Assembly (NCBI RefSeq): GCF_041956535.1
Contig: NW_027192205.1
Span: 186,001 to 250,000, forward strand
From: Calcarisporiella thermophila CBS 279.70
Taxonomy: Eukaryota; Fungi; Calcarisporiellomycota
DNA length: 64,000 nucleotides
Reading direction: 5' to 3'
The notes under the pieces were generated by a model that was not told the origin of the DNA, made no database searches, and was given only the letters and a program-made list of their open reading frames with translations. Shown piece after piece: positions 25,630 to 42,740 of the stretch. A program made the position numbers and the translations under genes. The first letter of the stretch is position 1. Each line of letters starts with the position of its first letter.

Positions 25630-26638
25630 CTGCAACACTACTCTCCATTTATCTTCCGCGTCTATGAAAAAAACAACGAGAACAATGGAATTATGCAATG
25701 GATTTTTGGCCACCTTTTTAAAAACTGCTGCGCCCCTAACTACTACAAATTATTTCGAGTAATATAATTCCCTCGCAAACAACATAAATGAAAAATGAAA
25801 AAAGAAAACCTATATGCGAATTAATTTCACTATTAGAGTCAAGTAACAAACACTTTGGGAGACCATATGACAATGTTATCCTCACTTTAGTATTCAAAAT
25901 GCAACAGAGATCTCAATTTGAATAGGCACACTAAAATCAGAAATTGGGGATACAATCTAATCCCATAATTTACGATACTGCGATTTTGGCCCAGAATGGG
26001 TAAAAACGGCCCCTCGGTTCCAATTTCAAGGATTTTTCATTCATTCATTAATTTATTTCGCAAAGCTAGAGCTTGTTCGTTCGTCCAAGTCACGAGTGAG
26101 TGTGGACAATTTGCGAAGAGCGATTTGCATTAGCCTCAGGTTAGGTTTGACGCTGAGAGTGCGTTCGCGCAAATGCTTTTTGCGTTTCAATACTGAGGAT
26201 ACAGTTTAATACCCGTTCAATGAGAGAAAGTTCAGAAATTATTAGTTGTAGCTGGAACACTCAATGTGATATAAGCTCGGCACAACTTCAAATGGCTACT
26301 CAGGGTCATCGGCAGCTTTCACTTTAGTATCTCAGCTAATTTAAAAGAATTTCAGGAGTGGATAGATAGTGAAGTGAATCTTTACAAAGTAATTGTAAAT
26401 CCACGATTATCTCGCAAACTCTCTTTAGAGGCAAGAGTAAATATGTATTTTTAGAGTAAATTGCACAAGTTCGTTCGGCAACAAGAAAATAAAAAAGGAA
26501 GCGCATAAAGATCAAAAAAAAGAAAAAAAAACTCGAGGCAATAAAACACATAGTCAAAGGAATAATAAAAAAAATGCGAGAAAAGAAATCTTCATGAAAA
26601 ACCAGATCCATAAGAATTTATCCAAAATTTATTTATTT

Positions 26639-30812
<4,174 letters not shown>

Positions 30813-32429
30813 CAATGCAGCTGGTAGGATAGCACCACGCCAATTGGGCAGCAAATAAAATTAAAAGGCTTAGAAAGAGATGTAAATGATCATAGACAGC
30901 GCATACACGCCGTCCGGGAATGAAAGCAATTCACGCGTTGGAGACGAGGAAGATTGTCTTATAGAGAGAGATTGGAGATGACAAAGAGAAAATGCAGTAC
31001 AATTGCTGACTTTCTAGAGCGCCTGGAGTCACGACCAATGGAAAAGAAAGAGTGAGCAAGAAAGTGTCAGAACTATATATGAAATAATAGGGATGATCAA
31101 TTAGCAGATTATTTTGAAAAAAACATAAAATATTCCCCATTCGATTGCTTTTGTGATGGGAATTTTATGCATCAGAGGAAGAAGTCGCGAAAGATTTTTA
31201 AGTAATCTTACCAAGTAAAGTGGAATTGGATATATCCTAGAGATGACAGTGTGCAGGAGTGAAGGCCTCGACAAATATAGCAATGTAGACAAAGGCAAAA
31301 GAAATCCCTAAGATCTTTCAGTGGGAAAACAAAAACAGGCCACAGGGTGTATATAAGAATGTGCAAAATGTATAATAAGATGAAACCATTTGCTCTCGTA
31401 CACTAGAATACCTTTGTTCGTTCCTCGCTGTAGGACAGTGAATGTTGGTGACGTATCGATTTGGTTCACCATCTATTTCCTAGACTAGGCCAAACCTTTG
31501 CTCCTTCCGCTTAAGCCTAGAGGCGAATAGACATTTAGGCAGTCCACAGTTCTGGCAGAATATGGAAAAGAAATTTCATACTTGGTGTTTCATATTTTGA
31601 GATTCAAGTGACCTTTGGAACCTACGAATAAACAAAGAGAGAAAATTGGCACATCTATACCCACCTCTAATTATACATGACAATAGCTTTCATTCTCGCG
31701 TGAGCAACGCTTGTTCCAAGGAAGGTCGGAAATTAGTTTAGAAGCTCAAGCTTAGAAATCTGTTGAAATACTTAGAATCTTCTCAAGCATCTATAGGACA
31801 CGCATGCCAAAATGATTAAGTAGCAATTTTGCATTTGCCTGCTAGCTGTGTTTCAGGACTTTGAAGTGGATTCCCCTAATATGCGCCCTACTTAAAAACG
31901 TACATTGGATTTCTTCCGCAAAACAAATACGAATAACTCTCACTAATATCCTGCTGTATTTGCAGTTTGCATAAAGAACACTAGTCGGCTGTGGTCTGAT
32001 CACTCCGATACATGTAAACTGTAATATCAGCATCAACAAAGTCGGCAATAACTAGTTACCCTGTCTATCCTCCGAAGAGGATGCACTCTAGTTAAATATT
32101 CAGTCATCAAAGCACCTATCGGAACTAATCGCTTGATAACTTGAGCAATATGACATCAAGACTCTTGGCTAAGTTTCTTTAATATAAAGTATAGATTTGT
32201 AGATGATAATAATCTTGAATGAGATTGGTTAGGAGAGAGTGGGATTGGTTGCAATGTTATTGTTTTTCTCTTCCCACGAATTCATGTTCGTTTAACATTA
32301 ACAATCTGTTGCATTATCAGCGCTTTAGATTAAAAAATGGAATTGTGACGGCTTTGTGGCTTATAAAGAGGCGAATCCAAACAAGTTCATTTCTCAATAA
32401 TAGAAAGCTAGAAGAGTTGGTCCTGAAGG

Positions 32430-33490
32430 ATGCGAGTGAAACGAGCCAAATCTTACAAGCGACATATGTCGCTCTATCATTTTGCCTTTGGATTCCGACA
32501 ACCTTACCAAGTTTTAGGTTGGCTATACTTATTATTTATTAAATTTATCCACCATTGCTTAATAATTGTATTCGCAATCTAGTTGATTCCAGCTTTTGCC
32601 TTGAGAGTCTGAAATGCCAGATGAAAATTAAAAAACAAGTACCGAGGATATTACATGGAGACGCAAAACTGAGTAAGTATATTCACTTTTTGTATTTGCA
32701 GTTGCTCGTATAAACATATTTGCTAACCGCATCATTATAATGAGTGATTACTCAATGCGTGATCAATGAACTCTACTCTCAATGTGAGAATGTTGACGCT
32801 GCTAAGCAGCTCGTTCGTGACATGGAGAAACGGCGGTGCCCCCATCGTGAAGAAGCTGTGTCAGCCCATCAATGTATATCAGAAATTATTGCCGATACCA
32901 ATCCTCATAACTATTGCGTCTCCTCCCAAGATCCTAATCTCCGCGAACTACTTCGTTGCATCCCCGGTGTACCCCTCTTGTATATAAACCGGTCGGTTCT
33001 CATTCTAGAGCCTCCCTCTGAGGAGACATTAGAGCATGCCCAGCGAGCAGAAATGAAAAAAATCCACGCTAAAAAGGAAGAGCTGGACTTCTTGCAACGG
33101 AGAAATCCAGAGGCGTTAGCAAAAAAGAAGGAGGAAGAGGAGAGAGGCAAGAAGAGGAAGCGGAAAGGCCCGAAAGGACCTAATCCTTTGAGTGTTAAAA
33201 AGTCGAAGAAGAAGAAGGAAGAAGGGGATAAGAGAGAAAAGAAAGCCGAACAAAGCGCGGGCGGCACAACGAAAGAGAAGGGTGAGTCGGTGGAAAAGAG
33301 TAAGGAAATTGTCACAGAGCAAGAAGATGTGGGCGAGACAACGAAGGAGGATACTGCAGTAGGGGAGGAGAAAACTGGAAAGAAAAGGCGCCGGCGTAGA
33401 AAGAATCGTGCTCGGAGCGACAAAGCAAATACTTCACAAGAGGGCGATAGCGCAGAGCGAGCGGGTGAAAGTGGCTCCGAGAGCGATTAA
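32430..33490 (+). CDS. UTP23: rRNA-processing protein Utp23 (PIN-like, Fcf1 family)
   Basis: MRVKRAKSYKRHMSLYHFAFGFRQPYQVL; ITQCVINEL; KRRCPH; IPGVPLLYI; KGPKGPNPLSVKK. Two introns. Confidence 0.93.
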
Positions 33491-35149
33491 AACTAATTTG
33501 AACATGTAAAAAGATACGCATATTAAAATGAAATTTTCTTAAGGTAAATGCCAAATACACCTGATTCCTAAGATACTACTACATGCTACAGCAGAATTTG
33601 CTAGGTGCGCAAGATTTATCTGACTTTTGTATTTAAAAAAAAATATTACTAGAAAGTGGTAGTCTTCAACGAATATGTCCTATGAATACACCCTTCATTA
33701 AAGGATATCCAATACAGTATATCAAATCGTATGCTATTGTGGATTAAATGCCAAAAATATTTCCAAAACTGCAGATATATTTAGAATATATGGTATTAAT
33801 GAATAGCTGGGAGCGTCTTAAGTAGTCAGGTAGAGCTATACATTCGGTTTGTTGAATAATGGTGGTCGAGTTAATCTGCACTTTAATACATTGGAAGCTG
33901 GCTTTATTTTTGGCATAATCTTTCAAAGCAATGAAGGGGCTAGCGAGTATAAAGCAAGGAAAGGAAATATGCTATACTATGAGCAAATATGGGTAAGAAT
34001 AATAGAGGATGAAATGAATGCTGCTTCCATCGAGACCTAACTGATGCCTCACTATTATAGGCAAGCCCAGTTTAGATTTTATGGACTATTTATATGAACG
34101 CACAAAAGATTTGCTACCAGTGTACAAACTACCATAAGCCCTCTTCCCTCTTTATGCATTGAAAAAATACTATAAATGCCGATTATGGTAGCCGCAATTA
34201 ATCACCCAATTCGAAGCCACTCTCTTTAAAGTTTGCATTTCTTGAACACATACAAAGATTCTATAGCGGTGGTAGGAAAAGCAAGTTTTTTTGAGTGGCC
34301 TCTCCCAACATTTTTTGTTCGCTGTAAATGATCTGCAAAGGATATATATATGTTTATCCCGGCTAAACCATTTATCTAATCGACTCATATTTTTTTGATT
34401 GTCGACCCATTATATGCTGTGACCATAATTCTCACGGTTAATTGTATGTGGTTATAAATGCCTGATTTCAAGGTCATTACGAAAAAGAGCTTCACTAACA
34501 AAAGAATATGGTGTCGAGAAATACGGAGCAAAAAAAAAAAAATACACATTGCATTAATTACCAAGTAGAATATCCCTCCAGAATCCTTACCGCAGACCCG
34601 ATTACAAGAGCAAAATCGGCCTTTACTCCATCTGAACTAGAGCAGAAATTATTGACAAAACAATTGAAGTGACAAATTAAAATTTATTTCCGCAATGATG
34701 CTTCTCATCTAATGCCGCATCTGTGAAGGAAAGTTTTAACAAGCTGGCGAGGATTTAATTTAGAGTCCCGCTCTTCTTGTTATCGCCACAATTGTTCTTA
34801 TTTGCATGCGAGATAGTATAGGCGAGTGCACGCTATTTCAATTTGATTCATCTCTGCTTACGCTATTGCTTGTATATTTGTTGACGCGCTTGAGGGCAGA
34901 CATTGCGTGGTTGGGGTGCGATTCTGGCTATCAGCTCGGCCCTGCTCCTTTATCTATCTACCAGGAATCAAAGCTGAGACGCTTCTCTTTGTGCTAGCTT
35001 ATCGATTTCGCAGCTGTGTTCCATTTGTTCTCGCGCCCCATTAAGCTTTTCACAAATCTCGATAGCTCTCGCGTGATAGCTGATAATCGCGAGCCCCTCA
35101 GGGTGCAACAAGGCGCTTGAGCCAGCTTCGTCAAGAACCGGTTGGGCCA

Positions 35150-35380
35150 CCATGGCGCCCCGGGCGGGAGGTAACGAGAAGATCTGCACCCGCGCCATTC
35201 AGCATGCTGGTGCCGGCCCAAGGCCAATAGAATGCCGGCATACGGCAGGGCCTGCGATGGCTGCAGCCGGGGCGGGGGCGGTATCAAGCGGGCGCGAGCC
35301 CTGTCAGTCATGCGCGGGCCAGAGTGCTCGGTGCGATACGGCCCAGCATATCGAGAAGGTTGCCAATAGTGCTGACAAAA
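35150..35380 (+). promoter_or_regulatory. GC-rich upstream region of glycogen synthase with GC-box-like and CCAAT motifs
   Basis: Locally very GC-rich. Contains ggggcgggggcgg near 35268 and two gccaatag copies. The overlapping ORFs look spurious. Confidence 0.4.
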
Positions 35381-35617
35381 AACAAGGTTTTGGGAAACAT
35401 ATCGATAGATAAATTTGAATTTCAGACTAAATAAAAAGAGAAGAGGTGGGGACGCCTCGAAGGAAAAAATAGCCAAAAAAGCTCCTCTGCCCTAGTCCCC
35501 ACTATTTTGCCCTGCCTTTTCTCCCCGCTTATTTTCCCCTCGGCCTCTCTCGATCACTTTCGTCATTCTCCTCAAGCATTCCTCTAGCATTAACTCCCTT
35601 CAATTGATTGATTCGAC

Positions 35618-38106
35618 ATGTCTGAAATCCAAAGACGCGAAGTCCATCGCCCCCTCTTATTCGAAATCGCGTGGGAAGTTGCTAATAAAGGTGACATTGA
35701 GCCAGGTTTTCGGATGTCTTTTACCACGGTGCCAGCTCTAACTCCTTTCTGTTTGGTCTTGGTTGCCTTCTAGTCGGCGGAATTTATACCGTGCTCAAGA
35801 CAAAAGCCCCCGTCACAGTACATGAATATGGTGATCGCTATGTTATGATCGGCCCGCTCTCTTACAAGACAGCTCCTGTCGAGGTGGAGGCTCTAGAGCC
35901 CCACACGGAACCCCTGCGAAAAACCCTGGATTCCATGAAGCAGAAGGGGGTTAAATTCTTGTTCGGTCGCTGGCTTATAGAGGGTGCCCCATACGTGTTG
36001 CTCTTTGACACGGGCTCTTGCTACGACAAACTGAATGAATGGAAGGGTGATCTTTGGAACGTGGCCGGGATTCCATCGCCACCCAGTGACCATGAAACGA
36101 ATGAGGCAGTCCTGTTTGGATATATAGTCGCATGGTTCCTCGGCGAGGTAAGTCTATACCGATGTTTGTTTCAGCCCTTCCAGTACAAGGTAAGCCTGAC
36201 ACTGGCGTGCAATGCTCCTCCTAGTTTGTTGCGCACGAGCAAAAGGCTGCTGTGATCGCGCATTTCCACGAATGGCTTGCGGGAATCGGTATCACTCTCT
36301 GCCGCAAACGACATATCGATGTGACGACAATTTTCACCACCCACGCTACCCTCCTCGGACGTTACCTGTGCGCAGGCGACGCAGACTTTTACAATCATAT
36401 GAAATTTTTCGATGTGGACCATGAGGCCGGTAAGCGCGGTATTTATCATCGCTACTGCGTTGAGCGAGCAGCAGCCCATTGTGCCGACGTGTTCACCACC
36501 GTCAGTCATATCACCGCCTATGAATCAGAAAACTTGCTAAAGAGAAAACCTGGTAGATAGGGGCATTTATTGGAGTCGAATTCCGGACATGCTTTTCTGA
36601 CTTGTTGCTTTTTTAATAACTTAGATGGCGTCTTACCCAACGGCCTCAACGTTGTCAAGTTTTCGGCCATGCATGAATTCCAGAATCTTCACGCTGTTGC
36701 TAAGGAAAAAATTCAAGATTTTGTCCGAGGCCACTTCTATGGTCACTATGACTTTGACCTGGACAACACGCTCTTTTTCTTCTGTTCGGGTCGCTATGAG
36801 TATCGTAATAAGGGGCTGGATATGTATCTTGAGGGATTAGCACGTAAGTGATCGATTGCAGGCTGTTTTCTTGTGATTCTGCCTCACGGAGTTTCCTTTC
36901 TTTCCTTCTTTTATTATTTCTCTAGGGCTTAACAACCGTCTTAAGAGTTGCAATTCACCTGTAACGGTGGTCGCCTTTATCATTGCCCCTGCTCCCACTC
37001 ATTCCTACACGGTGGAGGCCCTCAAGGGCCAGGCTGTCACAAAACAGCTCAAAGATACCGTCAACGAGATCCAGGAACGCATCGGTAAACGGCTGTTCGA
37101 GGCTGCTTTGCGGTAAGTATTCACATCTTTGCTTGGTGGCGTTAAAGGTCTAAAATGAAGGCCAATTTTTCTTTACAACTCCATTTACTAGTGGGCATGA
37201 GCCTGATGGCAAGGATTTGTTATCCGAGGAGGATAAAATCTTGCTCAAACGCCGCGTATTTGCCCTTAAACGTTCCTCCCTTCCCCCCATCGTGACGCAT
37301 AATATGGCCGATGACAGCTCCGACCCGGTGCTGAACCAACTCCGCCATGTTCATCTTTTCAATAGTCCATCAGACCGTGTCAAGGTCGTTTTCCACCCCG
37401 AATTCCTCAATGCCAACAATCCCATTCTTGGCCTCGATTACGAAGATTTCGTGCGGGGCTGCCACCTCGGCGTTTTCCCGTCCTACTATGAACCCTGGGG
37501 CTACACTCCTGCGGAGTGTACCGTGATGGGTATCCCTTCGATCACGACCAATCTATCCGGATTCGGGTGCTTCATGGAGGAGAGTATTGAGAACCCATCC
37601 GATTACGGAATTTATATCGTTGACCGCCGGCTCAAATCTGTGGAAGAGTCGGTGCAGCAGTTGGCTGATTTCATGCTGCAGTTTTGCCAAAAATCGCGCC
37701 GCCAGCGGATTAACCAACGCAACCGAACAGAGCGCCTCTCGGATCTGCTTGATTGGAAACGCATGGGTCTTGAGTATATCAAAGCGCGCCAGCTCGCGTT
37801 ACGTCGGGCTTATCCCGACAGCTTTGATGATTACGGTAAGGTGTCGTTCGATGCTCCGGCCAAACTCCCTAGGCCTTTAAGTGCACCGGGATCGCCTAGG
37901 ATCCGCGGCGATATGCGCTCTCAAATGGAGCAGATGCGTCTCGGAGATGATGGGCAGCCGGTAGGTGAGGAGGAGGAGGAGGACGAGTATCCCTTCCCGA
38001 TTGTGGTACGTAGGCAGCCGGAGGCCGGGTCCAAGGAAGAGGAGCTACTGCGAGAAGGTGATTTAGAGGCACTAGACCAGTTGAAAAAGCAGATACAGCA
38101 GCAACA

Positions 38107-38139
<33 letters not shown>

Positions 38140-38167
38140 TCACCCGAACCAAACGAATGGATCTTAA
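35618..38167 (+). CDS. GSY1: Glycogen synthase (GT3)
   Basis: [17 protein letters not shown]; AHFHEW; GRYEYRNKG; [15 protein letters not shown]; C-terminal [10 protein letters not shown] phosphosite cluster. Confidence 0.97.
38096..38137 (+). repeat. (CAG/CAA)n polyglutamine tract at the glycogen synthase C-terminus
   Basis: cagcagcaacagcaacagcagcag... encodes 14 Gln. Confidence 0.9.
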
Positions 38168-38334
38168 TCTGACATGGACTTATGTTCAACTATGATTTCT
38201 ATTTCATCAAGAGGAGCTAGGAGATGTTTACATTTTTTTTATCGTCCCCCTTCCCACTTTTCCTTTTGCTAACGGTCTCACTACAGCCACTTCTAATAAA
38301 TTCCTTTGTCATTGTTTTATTTCTTTCGAGGTAA

Positions 38335-38350
38335 ATATATATATATATAT
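38335..38350. repeat. (AT)n microsatellite
   Basis: atatatatatatatat downstream of glycogen synthase. Confidence 0.8.
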
Positions 38351-39308
38351 TTATATACATAAATTATATATTTTCCATATTTATTTGTCTCAGCTACTAT
38401 GAAGTTTATGTAGCCCGGAATCATATCTTATCAACTCAAGTGTGTATTTATGCCAATAGGTCTGAATAGGAAACTAGGTCATACCTGATATAAGTTAGCA
38501 GAGGTCATCTTGAGCAATTGGCTCCTTTGACTAGAAGGGTAGGCTAGCTCTAAACCAGGGGAACTCGCCGGGTGTGACAATGCTGTCAAATGCAGCGCAT
38601 GGACTTGCCTTACATTACACTAGCTAACATCTCGCGACTTTGTATCCTATACTTTAAATTTTATCTCTATATAGGTGAGTGAGAACCTTAAATGTATATT
38701 GATAGCCTCAGCGTTCCGATATAACCCAGTATATACAACAGATGAACTCTAGATCAAACTATGTCCATGACTTTCTATTCGTTGTCATGAGAGCGACGTG
38801 CTTCTTTTCTTATTTTGCTTATGTTTGTCATTATCATGGTGATAATCTTGCCCTTCTCTTTCACTAATAGAACTTCATAGAAAGGCTGCCTTGAGCTAAA
38901 TTCAACTTCAAGACAGGACTCCGGAGTTTGCCCATTTTGCCTATCCATCTGCAGAAGAAGGCTTTCTTGTCGAGGCGAGTTTTTCTTAACTCGATTCTTT
39001 TTGTATGAATAGACTACAGCCGTCTACTATTCCGTGTGGATGCCACCCGTTGCTTGCCGAAGATTAACTGTTGTCACCAAATGTTCTACTTAGAATAACT
39101 TTGTATACATGTTCAATAGCTCTAGCCACTAGAGAGAATTACTTCATTCTGTTCCACCCTCCCTCACCGACCAAATCAATTCCGATTCAGAGGCCATGCA
39201 AAAAAAAAAGTGGCTTATCCAATAATTCAGCACGACTATGTGACTCGCGTTTTGTTTTCTCCCTGTCACTAAACCGCTTCGACCCAATACCTTAACTAAT
39301 TAATCAGC

Positions 39309-40808
39309 ATGCCACTAGGCGGATTACCACAGTTACCTGTACAAGATACTCCCATCACAGATGCTACACTTCCAACTTCCTCTCAGTCGCCGCCATCCAA
39401 CAATGGTGGACTCTTTTCATCCATAACCTCAAATCCATACTTCTCTGCTGGCTTCGGGCTTATTGGTGTGGGCGCGGGTCTCGCTGTTCTCCGCCAGGGA
39501 ATTAACCGTGGAGCCTCCCTTATCCAACGCCAACTTCTTGTTACACTCGAGATTCCCTCGCGCGACAAGTCCTATTTATGGTTCCTGAACTGGATGTCAA
39601 GTTTGCCGAAGAATCGAGCTCGACAACTAGCCGTTCAGACGAATTTTAAACAACACGATAATGGAAGCATATCGACGCAGTTTTCGTTGGTGCCCGGCCC
39701 AGGGAAGCACTGGTTTCGATATCGTGGCAGATGGTTACAGGTAGATCGATCCTATCCTGATTCTAATCACGTCTCCGAAACCTCCTAATTTTCCATTCGA
39801 AATATGATAGGTTGAGAGACAACGTGATGGAAAAATGATGGACCTCACGACAGGAGCTCCCTTTGAGACGGTCACCTTAACGACCTTGTGGCGGGATCGC
39901 GACGTATTCGACGAACTTCTTACGGAGGCCAAGGAATTTGCCCTACGCCAGCAAGAGGGGAAAACGGTCATCTATACATCATGGGGCCCAGAATGGCGGC
40001 CATTTGGTCTCCCCAGGCGGAGAAGACAGTTGGAGTCGGTGATCTTGGACAGGGGAATTAAAGAGAGAATTGTAAGGGATGTGCGGCGGTTTTTACAGAA
40101 CGGCAAGTGGTACAATGATCGCGGTAAGTATTCTACTTTGACATGGTTTAGTGAATTGTCAACATTTTGCTCATTTTCTTGGTGATTATTCATGTGAATA
40201 CACCAGGCATTCCATACAGACGAGGCTATTTACTTTACGGCCCACCCGGCAGCGGTAAATCGTCCTTCATCCAGGCGCTTGCGGGCGAGCTCGAGTATAA
40301 TATATGCCTTCTAAATCTATCGGAGCGTGGACTCACAGACGATCGACTCAACCATCTTTTGGCCGTTGTTCCTGAGCGCAGCATCCTTCTTCTTGAGGAT
40401 GTGGATGCTGCATTCCACAAGCGCTCGTCTACAGCAGTTGCAGCCTCCGAGGAGGGCCCCTATCGGGGCTCATTGGTCACCTTTTCGGGGTTGTTGAATG
40501 CACTGGATGGTGTAGCGTCCAGTGAAGAACGAATTATCTTTATGACAACCAACCATATAGAGAAGTTGGATGCAGCACTGATCCGGCCGGGTCGTGTGGA
40601 TGTTAAGGAATACTTAGGGAATGCAAGTAAGGAGCAGATGCAAAGCATCTTCCTAAGATTCTATGGGGGAGAGCACAAGTTGGCGGAGCAATTCGTGGAC
40701 AGAATTGGGGAGAGACAGGTTAGTTGTGCGGCACTTCAAGGACATTTCGTGGAGTATATGGATGAGCCCCAGCTTGCAGTTGAAAATGTGGATAGGCTGT
40801 TTAGATAG
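39309..40808 (+). CDS. BCS1: Mitochondrial AAA chaperone Bcs1
   Basis: [18 protein letters not shown]; PGPGKHW; [20 protein letters not shown] (Walker A); LLLEDVD (Walker B); ALIRPGRVD. Confidence 0.97.
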
Positions 40809-41636
40809 TTTGACATTTAATGATTGAAAATAGAGATGCATAATACTATTATACAATAGACTTTTTTTTATTTGCCGCAACAGGAGCACAGATTTTCTCT
40901 TGTTCATGTATTCCAGACTTGGTTCGTAAGCCTGTATTCCTTTTTGCGAATAAGTTATATTTTAGAAACCTCTTTACCATGTTGATGTTCATTCCCTCTT
41001 TGACCGGAAAATCGCCAAAATTTGGCGCCATACTCTAGCAAAGCGAGAATGAATTATACATATTAAAAAGTATTCAAGGGTGTATCCGCGATTCAATCAC
41101 AATTCAACGCTAAACTAGCTATTTTATTCAAATTTGGCTGCTGTCGTCTAGTACTGAAAAAAATGTACGAGAAAAACAATATTTCTAGTCTGAATCAATG
41201 CAATGACTAATGCTGCATATCCCTTTTTTCTATATTTTTCTAAATGGAGTTGGAAACAGAAACATTTCCTCAGAAAATCTTTAGGAAAAAGAGAGGAAGT
41301 GGAGTCCTATATCAAGCTCCTCCGTGTGCTTTGCAAGTATGGTGGGCAGTTAGTATCCTAGACGCATGAGAGCTTATAACGGCGATTTTTACCGTGGCCC
41401 GTATTTTATTGCACCACTGAGTTCACAGCCCATGCATTTTGCACTCTCCTCAAACGAAGGGCTGGCAAGGAATATTTATTTTCCTAGTTGGATTCTGTTT
41501 TTCCCGATGTAGCATACATGACTTATGGTGCGATTTCCTAAATAAGGGGGTTGTTTAGTGGCTTTTATTGTTCTCAAGACTTCTTGTCTAGACTATCCTC
41601 TCTTCTTTTTCGCATTATTGAGGGGCATCCATCGCC

Positions 41637-42300
41637 ATGGCTCTTAAGAGAATACAAAAGGTAGTTTGAGCATGACCATAAATCACCCAGCCCGTACATC
41701 CGCTAATTATTGATGGTTTGACTAGGAATTACTCGAGTTAAATAAGGAGAAGTTACAAGGAATTAGCGTTGGTCCCGTTAGTGAGAGTGATCTTTTCCAC
41801 TGGCAGGGCGCCATCCAAGGACCAGTAAGCATTCCCTTCTCATGATTTACCCTCGCTATCCACTAACGGGCATTTTTACTTATTTCTATCTAGCCTAAAT
41901 CGGTCTTCAAAGGTGGTATTTTCCAAATCGACATCACATTTCCCTCTGAGTATCCATTCCGCCCCCCTACTATCGTGTTCAAAACCCGCATATACCATCC
42001 CAATATTGATGCCGACGGGAGCATTTGCCTGCAGATCTTGAAATCGGATGTCTGGAAGCCTGCCACTAGAATCACGCACGTACTACTTGCATTGGTCGAT
42101 TTACTGGAGCACCCCAACCCCGATGATGCATTGGTGGCAAGCATTGCGGAAGTATATAGAGGCAATCCAGACAGGTACGCCAAAACCGCTAAGGAATATG
42201 TGAAGAAGGTGAGAAACTTGCTAAGGAGTAGTGATTGAGAGAGGGATTTGTCCGCCCTAACGTATTTTCCTTCTATATTGGATAGTATGCGAGCGGCTGA
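41637..42300 (+). CDS. Ubiquitin-conjugating enzyme E2 (Ubc4/UBE2L-related), 4 exons
   Basis: MALKRIQKEL; YPFRPP; HPNIDADGSICL (catalytic Cys); WKPA; PNPDDAL. The last exon is YASG*. Confidence 0.92.
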
Positions 42301-42740
42301 GGTTATTTCTTGCTTTATATTTATTTTGTTGATTTCTTTGTACAGAAGCACAAGTATATTATACAAGAATACAATATTAATATTATTCCATCATTTACGG
42401 TGATTGCACCCGATATAACGGTCAGCAGAGAGGAGGGAGGTAGGATAAAAGGAGATGAAATAGATAAAATGGGTGGTGGTGGTGACAAGTAGAAAAATTA
42501 ATGTGCTGCTTCTTCAAGTAATAAGGTATACATGGGGCCATATTAAAAAAATCTTATTCAAAAGCGAACAAGGGGTTCTTTGAAGAGTATTATTCTATAG
42601 TGTAGCATGGGAGAACATAAAATAATAATACAAGCATGCGTAAAAGCAAAGCAAAGCGAATCGAGGTGAAATATTGGGTGGGCCGATAGGCTCGTCCTTT
42701 AAGAGATAAGCAATATATATAGATAGGGATTGAGCATGTT

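Noticed and set aside
18436-26147. Shared 11-mer CAGGTTAGGTT at 18436 and 26137 as a dispersed repeat
   Set aside because: Many chance 11-mer pairs are expected in 64 kb, and the flanks do not match.
26190-26235. TPP riboswitch or U6atac-like words (ctgagg...atacccgtt; gagagaaagtt)
   Set aside because: The remaining conserved core motifs of both families are missing.
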